Below, piece by piece: positions 57,163 through 58,131 of a DNA stretch of 58,131 bases. The stretch is from Catajapyx aquilonaris (lineage: Eukaryota), in contig KZ538620.1 in NCBI GenBank assembly GCA_000934665.2, positions 1 through 58,131 on the forward strand, given 5' to 3'. The notes under the pieces were generated by a model. It ran no database searches, was not told the origin of the DNA, and saw nothing but the letters and a program-made list of their open reading frames with translations. Both the position numbers and the translations under genes were made by a program. Numbering within the stretch: position 1 is the stretch's first letter; the number at the start of each line of letters is the position of its first letter.

Positions 57163-57677
57163 TGACCAGTCTGCCACAGAAAGTTCAGCTATGGATTCAG
57201 GATGAAACATGACATGCGAACTCATACTGGAGAAAACATGCAGGTTTACCAACAGGTTACTGATTATTTGGCACCTGAAAAGTAACAAGGCAATATTATT
57301 CATGATGTACGTAAATCATTATTTTGTTATAAATGAAATCTCCCAACTTGATAATCTATTCACGTGGGAATGCATGCTGGGGTGCAACCCATTTCAGAGA
57401 AACTTTGTTTCTGCAGGTAGGGCTACACTGAAGAGACAGTACCATAAAAGTGCATACAAGAAATAGTAGAAATCATTCATTTGTTGAGAGAAAGGGATCC
57501 ATATGTTATATGCCATTAAAAAGCACATCAGGATTCAATCATAAACTGGAATAAGAAACCAATCGTTTTGTCCAAAATGACAGAAAATGTTTAGAAAGGT
57601 TGGGCATTTGAGAATAGGAGTGAGAATGCAAATTATCGAAAAACCGATCATACAGTACAGTAGTTGTCCAGTTTGCC

Positions 57678-58110
57678 TGTGTGACCGTAGCGGGTTCAAA
57701 AGACACCAGTGGGTACAATGCTCAGTACAGATATTTATTACGTACGAGAGTACAGAAACAAAAGGAAAAAAAGGGGAAAATAAAGGATAACAATGGTCAG
57801 GATAGGTATATGGAAACCGGCACAGTAAAACTGGCCACGACCAGCAATCAGGGTATTCTCCCAACGACTGGCCATGAGTACACAGAGAGCCCCTCTTTTT
57901 ATGCTACCAAAACACAAAGCAAGATGGGAGTGACGTCAGAGCATGTGGGTGGAGAGGGGCACAAAAAAAGGGGGAAGGGACCTTGAGTGCATACCGTCTG
58001 CTTCCGTCACACACCTCCCGACGAAGTTCTCGCACGCACTGAGCGAGTGAACGTAAACACCTTAAAGCTAAAACAATGTGGGTGGCCACCCTTATCCTAA
58101 ACACATTACA
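57678..58110 (-). mobile_element. Possible solo LTR
   Basis: On the minus strand it begins TGT (58110) and ends ACA (57678), with AATAAA about 55 nt before the end; ~430 bp. No target-site duplication found, so weak. Confidence 0.25.
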
Positions 58111-58131
58111 ACACTAGTATGATTAGTAGCA

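Noticed and set aside
1..58131. tRNA, rRNA, snRNA genes or prokaryotic systems (CRISPR, operons)
   Set aside because: None recognised by eye; a tRNAscan-SE/Infernal run would be needed to exclude small RNA genes.

Overview
Eukaryotic genomic DNA, very likely from an arthropod (inferred from intronless divergent ionotropic receptors, Pvf genes and many ~54-65 nt introns); the species cannot be determined. Left to right: the 5' end of a probable LINE; three tandem divergent ionotropic receptor (IR) genes (two intact, one frameshifted); SLC30A9/ZnT9 (7 exons); a cluster of three PDGF/VEGF-family genes; an NRIP2/3-DDI1-type retropepsin-fold gene; an uncharacterised Pro-rich probable nuclear protein gene; an LRRC74-like LRR gene; a fourth solitary IR; and a tandem pair of C2H2 zinc-finger genes (the second disrupted, with a mariner relic upstream). 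Several MITEs and hairpins are interspersed. Main leads: (1) two PDGF/VEGF paralogues that lack both inter-chain cysteines and one complete ring disulfide of the cystine knot, next to a canonical Pvf; (2) a candidate 83-nt cassette exon that stops the upstream frame and creates a new AT|G start codon across its splice junction; (3) a retropepsin-fold protein with NTT in place of the catalytic DTG/DSG; (4) a 167-bp tract almost identical across three otherwise diverged IRs. All exon structures were assembled by hand from splice signals and reading-frame continuity, and family assignments come from remembered motifs, not database searches.
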